NCBI GenBank assembly: GCA_031287215.1
Contig: JAITTF010000150.1
Span: 1-53,339 of the forward strand
Direction: 5' to 3'
Source of the DNA: Bacteroidales bacterium
GTDB taxonomy: Bacteria; Bacteroidota; Bacteroidia; Bacteroidales; WCHB1-69
Length of the DNA stretch: 53,339 nucleotides
Under the pieces are notes generated by a model. The model did not search any database and had not been told where the DNA came from. It worked only from the letters and a program-made list of their open reading frames with translations. Numbering within the stretch: the stretch's first letter is position 1; each line of letters begins with the position of its first letter. Below are positions 45,185 through 53,339 of the stretch, piece after piece. Made by a program: the position numbers and the translations under genes.

Positions 45185-45255
45185 TGTCCAATGGTGTAAC
45201 GGTAGCACTACAGTTTTTGGTACTGTCTGTCTAGGTTCGAATCCTGGTTGGACAA
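45185..45255 (+). tRNA. tRNA-Gln (anticodon UUG)
   Basis: Hand-folded cloverleaf. Acceptor TGTCCAA/TTGGACA, D arm GTGT-AACGGTA-GCAC, anticodon arm ACAGT-TTTTGGT-ACTGT (TTG at 34-36), 4-nt variable loop, T arm CTAGG-TTCGAAT-CCTGG, discriminator A. CCA is not encoded. Confidence 0.9.
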
Positions 45256-45272
45256 CAGGATAATAAAAAATG

Positions 45273-45302
45273 AACTCTCACTGCTTGGTGGGAGTTTTTT
45301 TT
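45273..45302 (+). terminator. intrinsic terminator after tRNA-Gln
   Basis: AACTCTCAC - TGCTTG - GTGGGAGTT stem (one G-U pair) followed by a run of T residues. Confidence 0.7.
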
Positions 45303-45366
45303 AAATTAAAATGTTGATAATTATAGAAATAACAAAAAGAATATAACCAAATAAAAATAGCTGAAT

Positions 45367-46611
45367 ATGGCAGACAATTCAAATTTAATTGAAACTTTTG
45401 CTGAGTTTAAAGAATTTAAAAGCATTGAAAGAGAGAACTTAATGCGTATTTTGGAAGACGTTTTTCGTACTACCCTTGTAAAAAAATACGGTCCTAATGC
45501 TAATTTTGAAGTTATCGTAAATGTGGATAGAGGAGAGTTGGAAATTCAACGATATAGAGAAATAGTTGAAGATGACGAAGTTACTAATGAATACACTCAA
45601 ATAGCTCTTTCGGAAGCCATTAAGATTGAACCTGACTTTGAAGTAGGTGAAGAGGTGGTTGAAAATATTAAACTTACCGATTTTGCCCGCCGTGAAATCC
45701 TCACTTTACGACAGACATTGGTTACCCGGATTATGGATCATGAAAAAGACCAAATCTACCAAAAATATGAAAAACGCATTGGCGACCTGATTTCTGGTGA
45801 AGTAAGTCAAGTATGGCGTAAAGAAATTTTAGTGGTGGACGAAGATGGTGTTGAGTTGGTTTTGCCTAAAACAGAACAAATTGCAAGTGATAGATATAAA
45901 AAAGGAGATACCCTTTTGGCTGTTGTTATTAAAGTTGAAGTAAAAGGCTCTTCGCCGGTAATTCTCATCTCACGTACATCGCCGGTATTCTTGGAAAAAT
46001 TGATGGAAACCGAAATTCCAGAAGTTTATGACGGCTTAATTACCATTAAAGACGTAGTTAGATCTCCGGGAGAAAGAGCAAAAGTATTAGTAGAAACTTT
46101 TGACGACCGTATTGATCCTGTTGGCGCCTGCGTAGGCATGAAAGGGAGTCGTATTCACAGTATTACTCGCGAGTTGAGAAACGAAAATATTGACGTGATT
46201 AACTATACTTCTAATATTAGTCTTTTGATTACAAGAGCATTAAGTCCTGCAAAAATTACTTCTATCGAAATTGATGAGGAAAATAAAACGGCAAGCGTTT
46301 ATATGAAACCTGATCAAGTATCTTTAGCGATTGGGAAAGGCGGTTCAAATATTAAATTGGCAAGTAAATTGTCTCATTATGAAATAGACGTCTTTAGAGA
46401 TGATATCGTTGAAGAAGAAGATGTGGATTTGAATGAATTTTCTGATGAATTTGATCAATGGGTAATTGATACCTTTAAACGTATCGGTTGTGATACCGCT
46501 AAAAGTGTTTTACAATTAACCAGAAAAGAATTAATTCAACGTACAGATCTTGAAGAAGAAACAGTTGACTCTGTAATTGCTTCTATCAAAAAAGAGTTGG
46601 AAGTTGAATAA
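45367..46611 (+). CDS. nusA: transcription termination/antitermination factor NusA
   Basis: 414 aa. S1 and tandem KH regions (GACVGMKGSRI, AIGKGGSNIKLA). It lies directly upstream of infB. Confidence 0.95.
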   Translation: MADNSNLIETFAEFKEFKSIERENLMRILEDVFRTTLVKKYGPNANFEVIVNVDRGELEIQRYREIVEDDEVTNEYTQIALSEAIKIEPDFEVGEEVVENIKLTDFARREILTLRQTLVTRIMDHEKDQIYQKYEKRIGDLISGEVSQVWRKEILVVDEDGVELVLPKTEQIASDRYKKGDTLLAVVIKVEVKGSSPVILISRTSPVFLEKLMETEIPEVYDGLITIKDVVRSPGERAKVLVETFDDRIDPVGACVGMKGSRIHSITRELRNENIDVINYTSNISLLITRALSPAKITSIEIDEENKTASVYMKPDQVSLAIGKGGSNIKLASKLSHYEIDVFRDDIVEEEDVDLNEFSDEFDQWVIDTFKRIGCDTAKSVLQLTRKELIQRTDLEEETVDSVIASIKKELEVE

Positions 46612-46683
46612 ATTCTCTTTTTTCCTACCTATAATACTACAAAATAACTATAAATTAATTTAAGAAAAAAAAGAAAAAAATAT

Positions 46684-49602
46684 ATGTCCGAAGAAACGAT
46701 GAAAATACCCCGGTTAGGGAGAGCGGCTAGCGAGTTTAATGTGTCCTCAGGGACTATTGTCTCAATTCTTGCCAAAAAGGGTTTTAATATTGAGGATAAT
46801 AGTAATACAAAACTGACCGCTGAGATGTACGAAATTCTGATGAAAGAGTACAACACGGAAAAACAGATTAAAGAAAAATCTCTTACCATCGAAGTAGGTA
46901 CTTTTAATAAAGCCCGTACTGAAGATTCTGATGTGGTTGCCCCTGAACCGGAAATTTCTCAACCCAAAAAAGAGGTCGTTACAAAACCGGAACCTATTAT
47001 AACTAAGAAAAAAGAAGAAACTCTGGTAGTCGTACATGAACCGGAACATATTACAGTTGAAGTACAAGGTCCTAAAATACTCGGAAAAATAGAGTTAGAA
47101 GATACTACCCCAAAGAAAAAAGAGAAAAAAGTAGAACCGATAGGAGTATCTCCTGAACCAACCGTTGAAGAACTTCAAGAAAAACCAGTTGAGAAAGAAG
47201 AACCTGCTGAGATAAAAAAAGTGAAAAAAGAACCAGAACCCACAGAACATATTGATACTGTTTTTTCTCAACCTATAGAATTTAAAGTGGTCGATAAAAT
47301 AGATTTATCTGAATTTGACCCAAAGAAAAAGAAGAAAAAAACTAATGCAAATACAACTCAAGAAGAGCAAAAAGTGCAAACTCCTGATCTTAAGCCTATT
47401 GTAGAAGAACCAAAACCTGTCATATCAAAAACGAAAACTCCGGAACCCGTAGAAGTAAAACCATCCGAACCGGTGATAGAACACATGCAGACCCAATTTG
47501 TAAAATTGGACGGTCCTAAAGTACTGGGAACAATCGAACTCCCCGTTGAAAGAGTGAGAGATAATTCTAAAAAGAATGGTCCTAAAACAGACGATAAAGA
47601 TAAAAAGAAAAAACGTAAGAGAATAAAACACGTCCCTGTCAAAAATGAAAAGGACGATAGTAAATTTAAGAAAAAACCGGAAGTAAAGAAAGAGGAGATT
47701 TCTCAGGAAGATATTGACCGACAGATCAAAGAGACTATGCAACGTCTTGAACCTCTTGGCAAATCTAAAACGTCAAAGAGAAAAAGAGAAAAACGTCTGC
47801 ATATCCATGATGAAATGGCTGAAATGGAACGTCAAGAACAAGAATCACAGAAAGTGCTTCAAGTTACAGAGTTTATTACGCCTAATGACCTTTCTGTTTT
47901 GATGAATATTCCGGTTAATAATATCATCGCTACTTGTATGAGCATAGGTTTGATGGTCTCTATTAATCAAAGATTAGACGCAGAAACAATCTCCTTGTTG
48001 ACAGAAGAATTTGGATATGAGGTCAAATTTGTTGGTGCCGAGACCGAAGAAGAGACCTCTTTAGAAATAGATGACCGTCCTGAAGACCTCAAACCAAGAC
48101 CACCAATTATTACGGTTATGGGTCATGTTGACCATGGCAAAACCTCACTGCTTGACTATATTCGTAAAACTAATGTAGTAGCCGGTGAAGCTGGAGGTAT
48201 TACACAACATATTGGAGCTTACGAAGTTACTTTAGGAGAAGGAAGAAAAATTACCTTCTTAGATACTCCGGGACATGAAGCTTTTACCGCTATGCGTGCC
48301 CGTGGTGCTAAAATTACCGACCTTTCTATCATCGTGATTGCTGCAGATGACTCTATCATGCCTCAAACTCAGGAAGCTATCAGCCATGCTCAAGCAGCAG
48401 GCGTTCCGATGGTGTTTGCGATTACTAAAATAGATAAACCTAATGCTCAACCGGAGAAAATTAGAGAAGGTTTAGCCAACATGAACATTCTCGTGGAAGA
48501 GTGGGGTGGTAATTTCCAATGTCAAGAGATAGATGCTAAACGTGGTACTCATGTGAAAGAATTATTGGAAAAGGTTTTATTGGAAGCTGAATTACTTGAA
48601 TTAAAAGCCAATCCTGACCGTCCGGGCATAGGTACCGTCATAGAATCTTCTTTGGATAAAGGCAAAGGTTATGTCGCTAAAGTGTTAGTTCAAAATGGAA
48701 CTATCAATATCGGAGATCCTGTTTTTTCGGGTAGTTATTATGGAAAAATTAAATCCATGTATAACGAGCGTAATCAGCAGATTAAAACTGCCGGTCCGGC
48801 AACTCCTGTCTTATTATTAGGACTCAATGGTGCTCCTCAGGCAGGTGAAATTTTTAAAGTAATGACTTCTGACCATGAAGCACGTATTGCAGCTACAAAA
48901 CGTTCTCAATTAGTTCGCGAAATGGGTCTTAGAACTCAAAAACATATCACTTTGGATGAAATTGGACGCCGAATTGCGATTGGAGACTTTAAAGAATTGA
49001 ATATCATTGTTAAAGGTGATGTTGATGGTTCCGTAGAAGCGTTAACCGATTCATTATTAAAACTCTCTACCGAACAGGTTCAGTTAAATGTTATTCACAA
49101 AGCTGTAGGTGCTGTTACAGAAAGCGATGTAATCCTTGCTTCTGCTTCTAATGCTATTATTATTGCATTCCAGGTTAGACCAACAGTAAGTTCACGTAAA
49201 TTAGCCGAACAAGAACAGATTGATATCCGTACTTATTCTGTTATTTACAACGCTATTAATGAGATAAAAGATGCTATTGCCGGAATGCATACTCCTGAAA
49301 TTAAAGAGAAAATCGTTTGTAATCTTGAGATTAGAGAGGTTTTCAAAATTACTAAAGTGGGTAATATTGCTGGTTGTATCGTACTTGATGGTAAGTTAAA
49401 CCGGAATACCAAAGTTCACCTTATTCGAGATGGTATTGTAGTATTCACCGGTAAATTGGCCTCTTTAAAACGTTTTAAAGACGAAGTTAAAGAGGTCTTT
49501 GTAGGTCAAGATTGCGGATTAAATATCGAAAATTATAACGATATTAAAGTCGGAGATATCATTGAAGGTTTTGAAGAATATGAAGAAAAAGTAGTTTTAT
49601 AA
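46684..49602 (+). CDS. infB: translation initiation factor IF-2
   Basis: 972 aa. Lys/Glu/Pro-rich N-terminal linker and GTPase motifs [22 protein letters not shown]. Confidence 0.95.
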   Translation: MSEETMKIPRLGRAASEFNVSSGTIVSILAKKGFNIEDNSNTKLTAEMYEILMKEYNTEKQIKEKSLTIEVGTFNKARTEDSDVVAPEPEISQPKKEVVTKPEPIITKKKEETLVVVHEPEHITVEVQGPKILGKIELEDTTPKKKEKKVEPIGVSPEPTVEELQEKPVEKEEPAEIKKVKKEPEPTEHIDTVFSQPIEFKVVDKIDLSEFDPKKKKKKTNANTTQEEQKVQTPDLKPIVEEPKPVISKTKTPEPVEVKPSEPVIEHMQTQFVKLDGPKVLGTIELPVERVRDNSKKNGPKTDDKDKKKKRKRIKHVPVKNEKDDSKFKKKPEVKKEEISQEDIDRQIKETMQRLEPLGKSKTSKRKREKRLHIHDEMAEMERQEQESQKVLQVTEFITPNDLSVLMNIPVNNIIATCMSIGLMVSINQRLDAETISLLTEEFGYEVKFVGAETEEETSLEIDDRPEDLKPRPPIITVMGHVDHGKTSLLDYIRKTNVVAGEAGGITQHIGAYEVTLGEGRKITFLDTPGHEAFTAMRARGAKITDLSIIVIAADDSIMPQTQEAISHAQAAGVPMVFAITKIDKPNAQPEKIREGLANMNILVEEWGGNFQCQEIDAKRGTHVKELLEKVLLEAELLELKANPDRPGIGTVIESSLDKGKGYVAKVLVQNGTINIGDPVFSGSYYGKIKSMYNERNQQIKTAGPATPVLLLGLNGAPQAGEIFKVMTSDHEARIAATKRSQLVREMGLRTQKHITLDEIGRRIAIGDFKELNIIVKGDVDGSVEALTDSLLKLSTEQVQLNVIHKAVGAVTESDVILASASNAIIIAFQVRPTVSSRKLAEQEQIDIRTYSVIYNAINEIKDAIAGMHTPEIKEKIVCNLEIREVFKITKVGNIAGCIVLDGKLNRNTKVHLIRDGIVVFTGKLASLKRFKDEVKEVFVGQDCGLNIENYNDIKVGDIIEGFEEYEEKVVL

Positions 49603-49621
49603 CTTTTCTAATTAATACAAC

Positions 49622-50704
49622 ATGAAGAAAAAGAGATTGATAACCCTGATTATCACAGCGGTTTTGGTATTGACTGCCATTTTTGTAGTGCTATACGAGA
49701 ATGATGTTTTTTCTAATCCTGAAACTAAAGGTGTATCCTCAGAAATTTTTGCTGTCAAGGATACTTCTGAAATTACTAAAATTTTCATGGCAGACAAATA
49801 TGGTAATATCGTAACCTTAAAACGTCTATCCGGGGGATGGACAGTGAACGATTCTTTACAGGGAATGAATATTATGATTGAAGCCCTGCTGAAGGTGATG
49901 AAGAATCTAAGGGTGAAAAATGCAGTTGCTAATTCAGCCACTTCTGCCGTAAATGGTATCATTGCTACTGAAGGAATTAAAGTTGAGATCTATGCTAAAC
50001 GACCTCTATTTAAACTTTTTTCTCTCAAATTTGGAGAAAAAGAGAAGTTGATTAAAACCTATTTTATGGGACCATCAACGCAAGATAATATGGCTAATTT
50101 TGCTTATTTAGAAGGGATGAAAGAGCCACATGTTGTTTATATTCCTGGTTTTAGGGGATATTTAACGCCACAGTTTAATCCTGATCCATACGTTTGGATT
50201 ACTCATCAAATCTTTGCTACTAAAATTACACGTATAGATACCTTAAAAGTGGTTGATTTTATGAATCCTGAAGAGTCTTTTAAGATTGTGAAAGTAGGAT
50301 CCCGTTCTTTCGCTCTATTTGATGGTAGCGGTATTCCTGTAGTTCATTACGATACTACAAAACTTCTTGATATGCTCTCTGAATATAGAAATCTAAATTT
50401 TGAAGACATTGTTTTGGAAATAGATCCTGAAATAAAACAACATATCTTTGTCGATAATTTGTGGAAAGAAATTACCCTCATTAACACCGATGGTGAAAAG
50501 ACCACACTTACGGGATATAAGAAAGATTTTACAGGAACACTTGATTTTATTCCTTATTCAAATGTTACAGATCAATATAAAACTTCAAAATGGGATATTG
50601 ATCGTTTTTTTGCTGTTATTAATCATAATACTTCCAATCTATATACGATTCAATATTATCATTTTGAGCGGCAAGTTCAACCATTAAGTTATTATAGACG
50701 ATAA
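49622..50704 (+). CDS. membrane-anchored hypothetical protein (DUF4340-like)
   Basis: N-terminal TM (LITLIITAVLVLTAIFVVL). Repeated beta-rich modules with LKRLSGGWTVND-type segments. The family assignment is from memory, not a search. Confidence 0.55.
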   Translation: MKKKRLITLIITAVLVLTAIFVVLYENDVFSNPETKGVSSEIFAVKDTSEITKIFMADKYGNIVTLKRLSGGWTVNDSLQGMNIMIEALLKVMKNLRVKNAVANSATSAVNGIIATEGIKVEIYAKRPLFKLFSLKFGEKEKLIKTYFMGPSTQDNMANFAYLEGMKEPHVVYIPGFRGYLTPQFNPDPYVWITHQIFATKITRIDTLKVVDFMNPEESFKIVKVGSRSFALFDGSGIPVVHYDTTKLLDMLSEYRNLNFEDIVLEIDPEIKQHIFVDNLWKEITLINTDGEKTTLTGYKKDFTGTLDFIPYSNVTDQYKTSKWDIDRFFAVINHNTSNLYTIQYYHFERQVQPLSYYRR

Positions 50705-50706
50705 AA

Positions 50707-51774
50707 ATGAAAAAAATATTAATTACCGGAGGTGCAGGATTTATTGGTTCTCATGTTGTACGCCTGTTTGTTGATAAATACCCTGATTATGACATCTATA
50801 ATTTAGATAAATTGACTTATTGCGGTAATCTCGAAAATTTAGCCGATATTGAAAATAAGCCGAATTATCACTTTATTAAAGGAGATATTGTAGATACAGA
50901 AGTTGTAAATATGATTTTTGAAAAACATCAATTTGATGGGGTTGTTCATCTGGCTGCCGAATCTCATGTGGATAGGTCTATCTTAAATCCAATGGAATTT
51001 ATTAATACAAATATTTTAGGAACAGTCAATTTATTAGCAGCAGCTCGTCATTGTTGGCAAAATAGTAACCAAAAACATCTATTTTATCATATTTCAACCG
51101 ATGAAGTATATGGAAGTGCAGATAACGGTAGTGCTTTTACCGAAAAAACGCCTTATAATCCACATAGCCCATATTCTGCTTCTAAAGCTTGTTCGGACCA
51201 TTTTGTAAGAGTTTACCATGATACTTACGGATTACCAACGATTATTACCAACTGCTCGAATAATTATGGTCCTAATCAATTTCCAGAAAAATTGATACCC
51301 CTATTTATTCATAATATTAAAAACAAAAAACCTTTGCCTGTTTATGGCAAAGGCATTAATGTTCGTGATTGGCTTTATGTAGAAGATCATGCGTCTGCTA
51401 TTGATACCGTTTTTCATCATGGTTCAATAGGGGAAACTTATAATATTGGGGGAAACAATGAATGGAAAAATATTGATTTGATACATAATTTGATAAAAAT
51501 CACAGATTGTTTACTTAGTCGCCCTGAAGGAGATTCGCTTTCATTAATAACTTATGTAGCTGATCGAGCAGGTCATGACCTTAGGTATGCTATTGATGCC
51601 TCTAAAATAAGAAAAGAGTTAGGCTGGGAACCGAAAATAAAATTTAGTGAAGGTTTTGAGAAAACTGTAAAATGGTATCTCGCTAACGAGCAATGGCTCA
51701 ATAATGTAACCACAGGAATTTATCAAGATTATTATAAATTAAATTACGAAAATAGAGACAAAACAGAACAATAA
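50707..51774 (+). CDS. rfbB: dTDP-glucose 4,6-dehydratase
   Basis: GGAGFIGSH Rossmann and catalytic YSASKACSD (YxxxK). 355 aa, with an extended-SDR RfbB pattern throughout. Confidence 0.93.
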   Translation: MKKILITGGAGFIGSHVVRLFVDKYPDYDIYNLDKLTYCGNLENLADIENKPNYHFIKGDIVDTEVVNMIFEKHQFDGVVHLAAESHVDRSILNPMEFINTNILGTVNLLAAARHCWQNSNQKHLFYHISTDEVYGSADNGSAFTEKTPYNPHSPYSASKACSDHFVRVYHDTYGLPTIITNCSNNYGPNQFPEKLIPLFIHNIKNKKPLPVYGKGINVRDWLYVEDHASAIDTVFHHGSIGETYNIGGNNEWKNIDLIHNLIKITDCLLSRPEGDSLSLITYVADRAGHDLRYAIDASKIRKELGWEPKIKFSEGFEKTVKWYLANEQWLNNVTTGIYQDYYKLNYENRDKTEQ

Positions 51775-51837
51775 TCCTTTCTTTGTGAACTTTTTTTTTC
51801 TGTAAAAAAAAGTGATTAAAATATTAAAAAAAAGTTG

Positions 51838-51845
51838 TACCTTTG
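51838..51845 (+). promoter_or_regulatory. Bacteroidota-type -7 promoter box (TAnnTTTG) for rpsF-rpsR-rplI
   Basis: TACCTTTG, 56 nt upstream of ATG 51901. Confidence 0.55.
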
Positions 51846-51900
51846 CACCCCCAAAACAGGGGATAAAACAATATAGTATATTAATTAAAAAAAACAAAAA

Positions 51901-52272
51901 ATGTTGAATCATTACGAGACTGTTTTCATTATGACTCCCGTTTTGTCTGAAGAACAGATGAAGGAAACAGTTAAAAAATTTGAGAGTTATCTGCTCGAAA
52001 AAGGAGCCGAAATTCTCCATCAGGAGAATTGGGGATTGAAGAAATTTGAATATCCTATTGAAAAGAAGAACACCGGTTTTTATCATCTTATTCAATTTGA
52101 TGCAGAACCAAGTATTATTAAAGATTTTGAATTGCAATATCGTCGTGATGAAAAAATCATGAGATATCTTACTGTTTCTTTAGACAAACATGCTTTTGCA
52201 TACAGCGAAAAAAGACGTAAGTTAAGAAAAGAAAAACAACAAAAAGAAGAGAAGGAAGGAGTAATATTATAA
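51901..52272 (+). CDS. rpsF: 30S ribosomal protein S6
   Basis: [13 protein letters not shown]... is a canonical S6 N-terminus, here with a basic/acidic C-terminal tail. The stop overlaps the rpsR start (TAATG). Confidence 0.95.
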   Translation: MLNHYETVFIMTPVLSEEQMKETVKKFESYLLEKGAEILHQENWGLKKFEYPIEKKNTGFYHLIQFDAEPSIIKDFELQYRRDEKIMRYLTVSLDKHAFAYSEKRRKLRKEKQQKEEKEGVIL

Positions 52273-52547
52273 TGGCACAACAAACAGATATTAAATATTT
52301 AACCCCTATATCGGTTGATATTAGAAAGAAAAAATATTGCCGCTTCAAGAAAAGTGGTATTAAGTATATTGACTATAAAGATGCTGAATTTTTAAAAAAG
52401 TTCATCAACGAGCAAGGTAGAATTTTACCAAGACGATTGACTGGTACATCTTTAAAATTTCAAAAGAAAGTAGCTCAAGCGGTTAAAAGAGCAAGACATT
52501 TAGCTTTATTACCCTTTGTAGCTGATAATTTAAAAACCAATCAATAA
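52272..52547 (+). CDS. rpsR: 30S ribosomal protein S18
   Basis: 91 aa. YIDYKD...[15 protein letters not shown]...Q.K...AVKRAR.LALLP pattern of S18. Confidence 0.95.
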   Translation: MAQQTDIKYLTPISVDIRKKKYCRFKKSGIKYIDYKDAEFLKKFINEQGRILPRRLTGTSLKFQKKVAQAVKRARHLALLPFVADNLKTNQ

Positions 52548-52558
52548 GGAGGAAAATC

Positions 52559-53008
52559 ATGGAAGTTATTTTAATACAAGACGTACAAAATTTAGGCTTT
52601 ACCGATGACCTCGTTAAAGTAAAAGACGGTTATGGTAGAAATTATCTTATACCGCAAGGATATGCCATCTTAGCTACTGAGCCAAAGAAAAAAATGTTGG
52701 CAGAAACGATTAAACAACGCGCTTATAAAGCAGAAAAAATTAGAAAAGAAGCTGAATTTTTAGCCGGAAAACTGGAAGGATTAACTATTACTATTCCTGT
52801 TAAATCTTCCGAAAAAGGTACTATTTTCGGTTCGGTTAGTAATATTATGGTTGCAGATGCAATGAAAGAACAACATAGTATTGAAGTTGACCGCCGAAAA
52901 GTAATCCTTAAAAATGATCACATTAAAGAATTAGGAACTTATACGGCTCAAATCCAATTACACAAGGATTTTAAAGTTACAATTAACTTAGAAGTTATAG
53001 CTGAATAA
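52559..53008 (+). CDS. rplI: 50S ribosomal protein L9
   Basis: MEVILIQDVQNLGFTDDLVKVKDGYGRNYLIP is a canonical L9 N-domain. 149 aa. Confidence 0.95.
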   Translation: MEVILIQDVQNLGFTDDLVKVKDGYGRNYLIPQGYAILATEPKKKMLAETIKQRAYKAEKIRKEAEFLAGKLEGLTITIPVKSSEKGTIFGSVSNIMVADAMKEQHSIEVDRRKVILKNDHIKELGTYTAQIQLHKDFKVTINLEVIAE

Positions 53009-53043
53009 TTGCTATTTTTTGATTTTTCATAACTTTTGTAAAG

Positions 53044-53071
53044 AAGATGTTCTATGAAGAGCATCTTTTTT
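53044..53071 (+). terminator. intrinsic terminator after rplI
   Basis: AAGATGTTC - TATGAA - GAGCATCTT stem (one G-U pair) followed by TTTT. Confidence 0.6.
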
Positions 53072-53258
53072 GTAATAAAAACTCTCGCAGATGCACAATT
53101 TGTATGCCTTCGGGCGTTGTGCCTGACGAAAAATCATCCAATGTGACAATATATTTCGGAAAATTATCGCCTACTTTTAATAAACTTGCCAATTCTCTTT
53201 TTTGTATTTGTGCCGCATCTAAACGATAACACACTTGTATATAACCTAACTTTCCCCT
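53052..53258 (-). pseudogene. C-terminal remnant of a DUF4143-type AAA ATPase gene
   Basis: RGKLGYIQVCYRLDAAQIQKRELASLLKVGDNFPKYIVTLDDFSSGTTPEGIQIVHLREFLL matches the usual C-terminal ~65 aa of these ATPases. A TAG (53259..53261) sits immediately upstream, and the upstream sequence is unrelated in all frames. Confidence 0.4.
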
Positions 53259-53339
53259 CTATTTTATACACCACAATCTAAACTTTTTAAGATAGCTAAT
53301 TGATTTTTAGTAAGCGTTATATTTTTCTTCCAAGCAACC

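Noticed and set aside
46762-47742. Antisense ORFs (94-105 aa) and apparent repetitiveness in the 5' third of infB.
   Set aside because: They lie opposite the Lys/Glu/Pro-rich IF-2 linker (AAA/GAA-rich DNA). There is no regular repeat-spacer periodicity, so this is neither a CRISPR nor a tandem array, and the antisense products are Phe/Leu-rich junk.
51849-51862. CCCC-AAAACA-GGGG hairpin in the rpsF leader, considered as an S6:S18 autoregulatory element.
   Set aside because: It starts only 4 nt after the -7 box, so the predicted TSS would fall inside it. A 4-bp stem is too weak, and I cannot match it to the published motif by eye.
51739-52137. 132-aa minus-strand ORF spanning the rfbB end, the rpsF promoter and half of rpsF.
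   Set aside because: It crosses a consensus promoter and a ribosomal protein gene, and its product is Phe/Ile/Asn/Lys-rich as expected from random AT-rich sequence.
53047-53229. 60-aa plus-strand ORF after rplI.
   Set aside because: It begins inside the rplI terminator hairpin and is the mirror of the better-supported DUF4143 ATPase remnant on the minus strand.
1-53339. Window-wide checks for CRISPR arrays, rRNA, intact IS/integrase/phage genes, alternative genetic code and programmed frameshifts.
   Set aside because: There is no repeat-spacer periodicity and no rRNA-like stretch. Every housekeeping gene reads through with the standard code and without internal stops. The only interrupted frames are the short fragments in 33325..34503 and at 53259.

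Overview
Low-GC Bacteroidota-type chromosomal segment. The assignment rests on recurrent TAnnTTTG -7 promoter boxes, almost no Shine-Dalgarno sites, and proteins carrying GWxTD, Listeria-Bacteroides-repeat and Fibrobacter-paralogous (FISUMP) domains. About 90 percent is tightly packed housekeeping: sufCD, tdk, udk, glyQS, tilS, ahpC-oxyR, folB, nadA, lpxH, dnaG, cdsA, comEC, queD, pbpC, tRNA-Gln, nusA-infB, rfbB and rpsF-rpsR-rplI. Envelope and polysaccharide genes are interspersed: GtrA-like, a PglC-like sugar transferase, a WbpA/WbpB-like pair, GT2, DegT, AsmA, a YqiJ/NfeD-flotillin pair, and a 968-aa modular surface protein. I see no rRNA, no CRISPR array, no intact IS, integrase or phage gene, and no evidence of recoding. 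I could not identify a convincing new multi-gene system. The only clearly non-housekeeping stretch is a 1.8-kb gene-poor gap (32725..34519) between an EndA-like nuclease gene and cdsA. It holds an orphan consensus promoter, a perfect 25-bp palindrome, a 19-nt inverted-repeat pair, decayed ORF fragments and a possible transposase-like remnant. Other second-look items are a P-loop kinase fused to an unassigned C-terminal domain inside a UDP-sugar operon, a tdk-MBL-WYL-PAP2-udk run, an EndA-like nuclease near a ComEC that lacks the MBL domain, and an anti-sigma-like/CpxP-like pair with no sigma factor. Several ORF-track starts are non-ATG extensions that translate promoter boxes, and I corrected them. 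All family calls come from motifs read by eye, with no database search.
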